A stretch of DNA of 16,379 nucleotides from Christensenella sp. UBA3770 (GTDB lineage: Bacteria; Bacillota; Clostridia; Christensenellales; CAG-1252). Positions within the stretch are counted from its first letter, which is position 1. Each line of letters starts with the position of its first letter. The stretch covers positions 1 to 16,379 of the forward strand of contig DFFS01000040.1 of the NCBI GenBank assembly GCA_002371075.1, read 5' to 3'. This document shows, in pieces, positions 14,846-16,379 of the stretch. Made by a program: the position numbers and the translations under genes. The notes beneath the pieces were generated by a model. It did no database searches, had not been told where the DNA came from, and was given only the letters and a program-made list of their open reading frames with translations.

Positions 14846-16379
14846 ATGACTCAGGAAGAATATGATCGTTATATGGCCGAGCAAGAACGGTTGATCAATG
14901 AGTACAACGCGTTGGTCGCAAGAAAAAGCCGGTTGATCGATGAGTACAACATGCTTGTCGAAGAACTGACTTATGCGATCGAAGCGACCGTCAGCGTGAT
15001 CAATCAGACGAACAAGGTCAAAAACCACATCGTTCCGAGGCTTACGGAGTCGGAAGCGGCGGTAACGGTAGTCAACGGCATGGTCAAAGACGTCCAGCGC
15101 GAAATAGAGCAACTGGCGGAAAAGTATTTCTTGATGAAAAACATTTCCACGGCGTCCAAGAAGATGATGCAGCTCAACAACGAGTATCAACAAAAATTCG
15201 GGCTGTACAACATGCTGCGCAGGGTCACGCTCGGTTACGTTGTCGGTGTTGACAGCAACATCATCAGCAACGAGTCGTTGCGCAAAACCGTGGAGAAAAA
15301 CTACCTGCAAAACGCCGATTACTGGATCTCGCACTGCATTATGGCAACGATGCTGTGGGTCAGCGACGAAAAGGAGGCGGCGTACCGCGCGCTCAACAAA
15401 GCGCTCAGCATCGACCGCAAAAAGGCATCGCTGTTTTTCTTACTTTTGAACTTGCGTTTCGGCCGCAACGAGGAGGCGGGAAGGTGGTTTGAATTTTACA
15501 TTCAGGACATCGACGTCAACAACGTCGGCGACGAGATCATCATCTTGTTCCAAGCTTATCTTTACAACGTTTGCGGCAACGAACCGGAGATCAAGGGACG
15601 TATCCGTGAAAAGTTGGACGGTTTGCTTGCGGAAATTCGCCAAAACACGCGCGATTATGACGAGGACATCAAGGTGTCGCTGTTAAAACACATTTCCGCT
15701 TACGTGCACAAGACCAGAGAAGAGTTTGAGAAGATGGAGGATTTCTGCAAGGATTACAAGACGATGATCCAAGCGTTGGAAAGCGCCGAAAAGAACGGTG
15801 ATTTCGCCAAATTCTACAACGAGCTCTACGTCAGCGACGACAATGCGCCCAAGGATCTTTTGACCCGTATAGAAAACGTGTTGTACGACCTTATCAACAC
15901 CTATGACGAGGTGGAAAAGATCATCATCCGCGATATGAATTACAACGAGATGATCCTCAAGGCAAACGGCGACATTGCGGCGGCGCAAAAGATGTATCAA
16001 GCCAAATACAACGAGGGCAAGCCCCAGACGCTGGGCGAACTGATGATCAGGCTTTCGCTTCCGACGGTGGGCGACGACGTGGATATCCGCGTCAAAAAGT
16101 TTGCCATTTCCTTCTTGGTGGAGAGCATCAAAAAAGCCTTTGAAGCTTATCAACAGGAATATCGCAAAACCGCAGTTGACGTCCACGAGGTGGTCATCGA
16201 TTCCTTTACCATCAAGGTGGACGAGAAAGAGCCGCGCAAAGCCGCCGAAGACCTTAAGCAAACGTACAAGAAAAACAAAAATAAGCTTGTCAACAAGGAT
16301 AGGGGCGTAAAAGCCTTTACGGGGCTCAGTGTCTTCTTCTGCATCGCGTTTGCCATCATGGTCGCGCTGGTGTGCGTGC
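14846..16379 (+). CDS. Large coiled-coil protein (>511 aa, 3'-truncated by window end) with a hydrophobic TM segment at the window edge
   Basis: A strong RBS AAAGGAGGGAGG lies 6 nt before the ATG at 14846. My manual translation of 14846-16379 found no in-frame stop. It begins 'MTQEEYDRYMAEQERLINEYNALVARKSRLIDEYNMLVEEL' and ends 'GLSVFFCIAFAIMVALVCV'. It is absent from the supplied ORF track because no stop codon falls in the window. The two minus-strand track ORFs here are antisense artefacts. Confidence 0.7.
   Translation, partial: MTQEEYDRYMAEQERLINEYNALVARKSRLIDEYNMLVEELTYAIEATVSVINQTNKVKNHIVPRLTESEAAVTVVNGMVKDVQREIEQLAEKYFLMKNISTASKKMMQLNNEYQQKFGLYNMLRRVTLGYVVGVDSNIISNESLRKTVEKNYLQNADYWISHCIMATMLWVSDEKEAAYRALNKALSIDRKKASLFFLLLNLRFGRNEEAGRWFEFYIQDIDVNNVGDEIIILFQAYLYNVCGNEPEIKGRIREKLDGLLAEIRQNTRDYDEDIKVSLLKHISAYVHKTREEFEKMEDFCKDYKTMIQALESAEKNGDFAKFYNELYVSDDNAPKDLLTRIENVLYDLINTYDEVEKIIIRDMNYNEMILKANGDIAAAQKMYQAKYNEGKPQTLGELMIRLSLPTVGDDVDIRVKKFAISFLVESIKKAFEAYQQEYRKTAVDVHEVVIDSFTIKVDEKEPRKAAEDLKQTYKKNKNKLVNKDRGVKAFTGLSVFFCIAFAIMVALVCV

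Noticed and set aside
14810-16261. Track ORFs 14810-15334(-) and 15683-16261(-)
   Set aside because: Both lie antisense to a continuous + strand open frame (14846 to the window end) that has a strong RBS. That frame was missed only because it has no stop in the window.
14846-16379. Calling the last gene PspA/ESCRT-III
   Set aside because: Only coiled-coil character is visible. The protein is more than twice the length of PspA and has a TM segment. It cannot be assigned to a family without a profile search.

Overview
This is a Gram-positive-type chromosomal window, about 55-60% GC with AGGAGG-type ribosome-binding sites, probably from a Clostridia-like Firmicute. It has three parts.

**Housekeeping and metal-resistance block (1-3835, + strand).** The 3' part of a cysteine synthase gene (cysK) is translationally coupled to an Rrf2-family regulator. 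After a rho-independent terminator comes a Cd/Zn-type resistance cassette. The cassette has a near-consensus sigma-A promoter, an ArsR/SmtB-type operator, a CadC-like metalloregulator, a free-standing CadA-N-terminal-like HMA domain ORF, and an HMA-less P1B-type ATPase with CPC, DKTGT and GDGINDAP motifs. The HMA ORF and the ATPase are separated by a stop codon and a +1 frame offset, so this is either a split or a frameshifted cadA.

**Convergent lipoprotein gene (3900-5615, - strand).** It encodes a predicted lipoprotein with an N-terminal SGNH/GDSL hydrolase domain and a ~250-aa C-terminal domain of unknown function. It has its own consensus promoter inside a ~300-bp AT-rich intergenic region (5650-5950).

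**Seven-gene co-directional operon (5953 to beyond 16379, + strand).** The genes are tightly packed, with 9-32 nt gaps that each carry an RBS. This operon is the most interesting part of the window. It encodes:
- an 898-aa HerA/FtsK-clade P-loop ATPase with a ~340-aa unknown N-terminal domain and a Cys-rich tail;
- a 555-aa protein with a polyacidic N-terminus, three 59-aa tandem repeats and a C-terminal papain-like Cys/His peptidase domain;
- a 157-aa hypothetical protein; this gene and the peptidase gene sit in a low-GC stretch (~40-45%) compared with ~58-62% in the flanking genes, with the drop clearest over roughly 9700-10850;
- an SPFH/band-7 protein with a Gly/Met-rich linker and a C-terminal double zinc ribbon (YdjI-like);
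- a multi-pass membrane protein with a coiled-coil tail;
- a 657-aa protein with an N-terminal zinc ribbon and an acidic helical body;
- a coiled-coil protein of more than 511 aa with a C-terminal TM segment, which runs off the window end. The supplied ORF track missed this gene because no stop codon falls inside the window.

I regard the HerA-like ATPase + peptidase + SPFH-zinc-ribbon + membrane/coiled-coil assembly as a candidate uncharacterised membrane-associated conflict or stress system. No tRNA/rRNA, CRISPR array or transposase was recognised.
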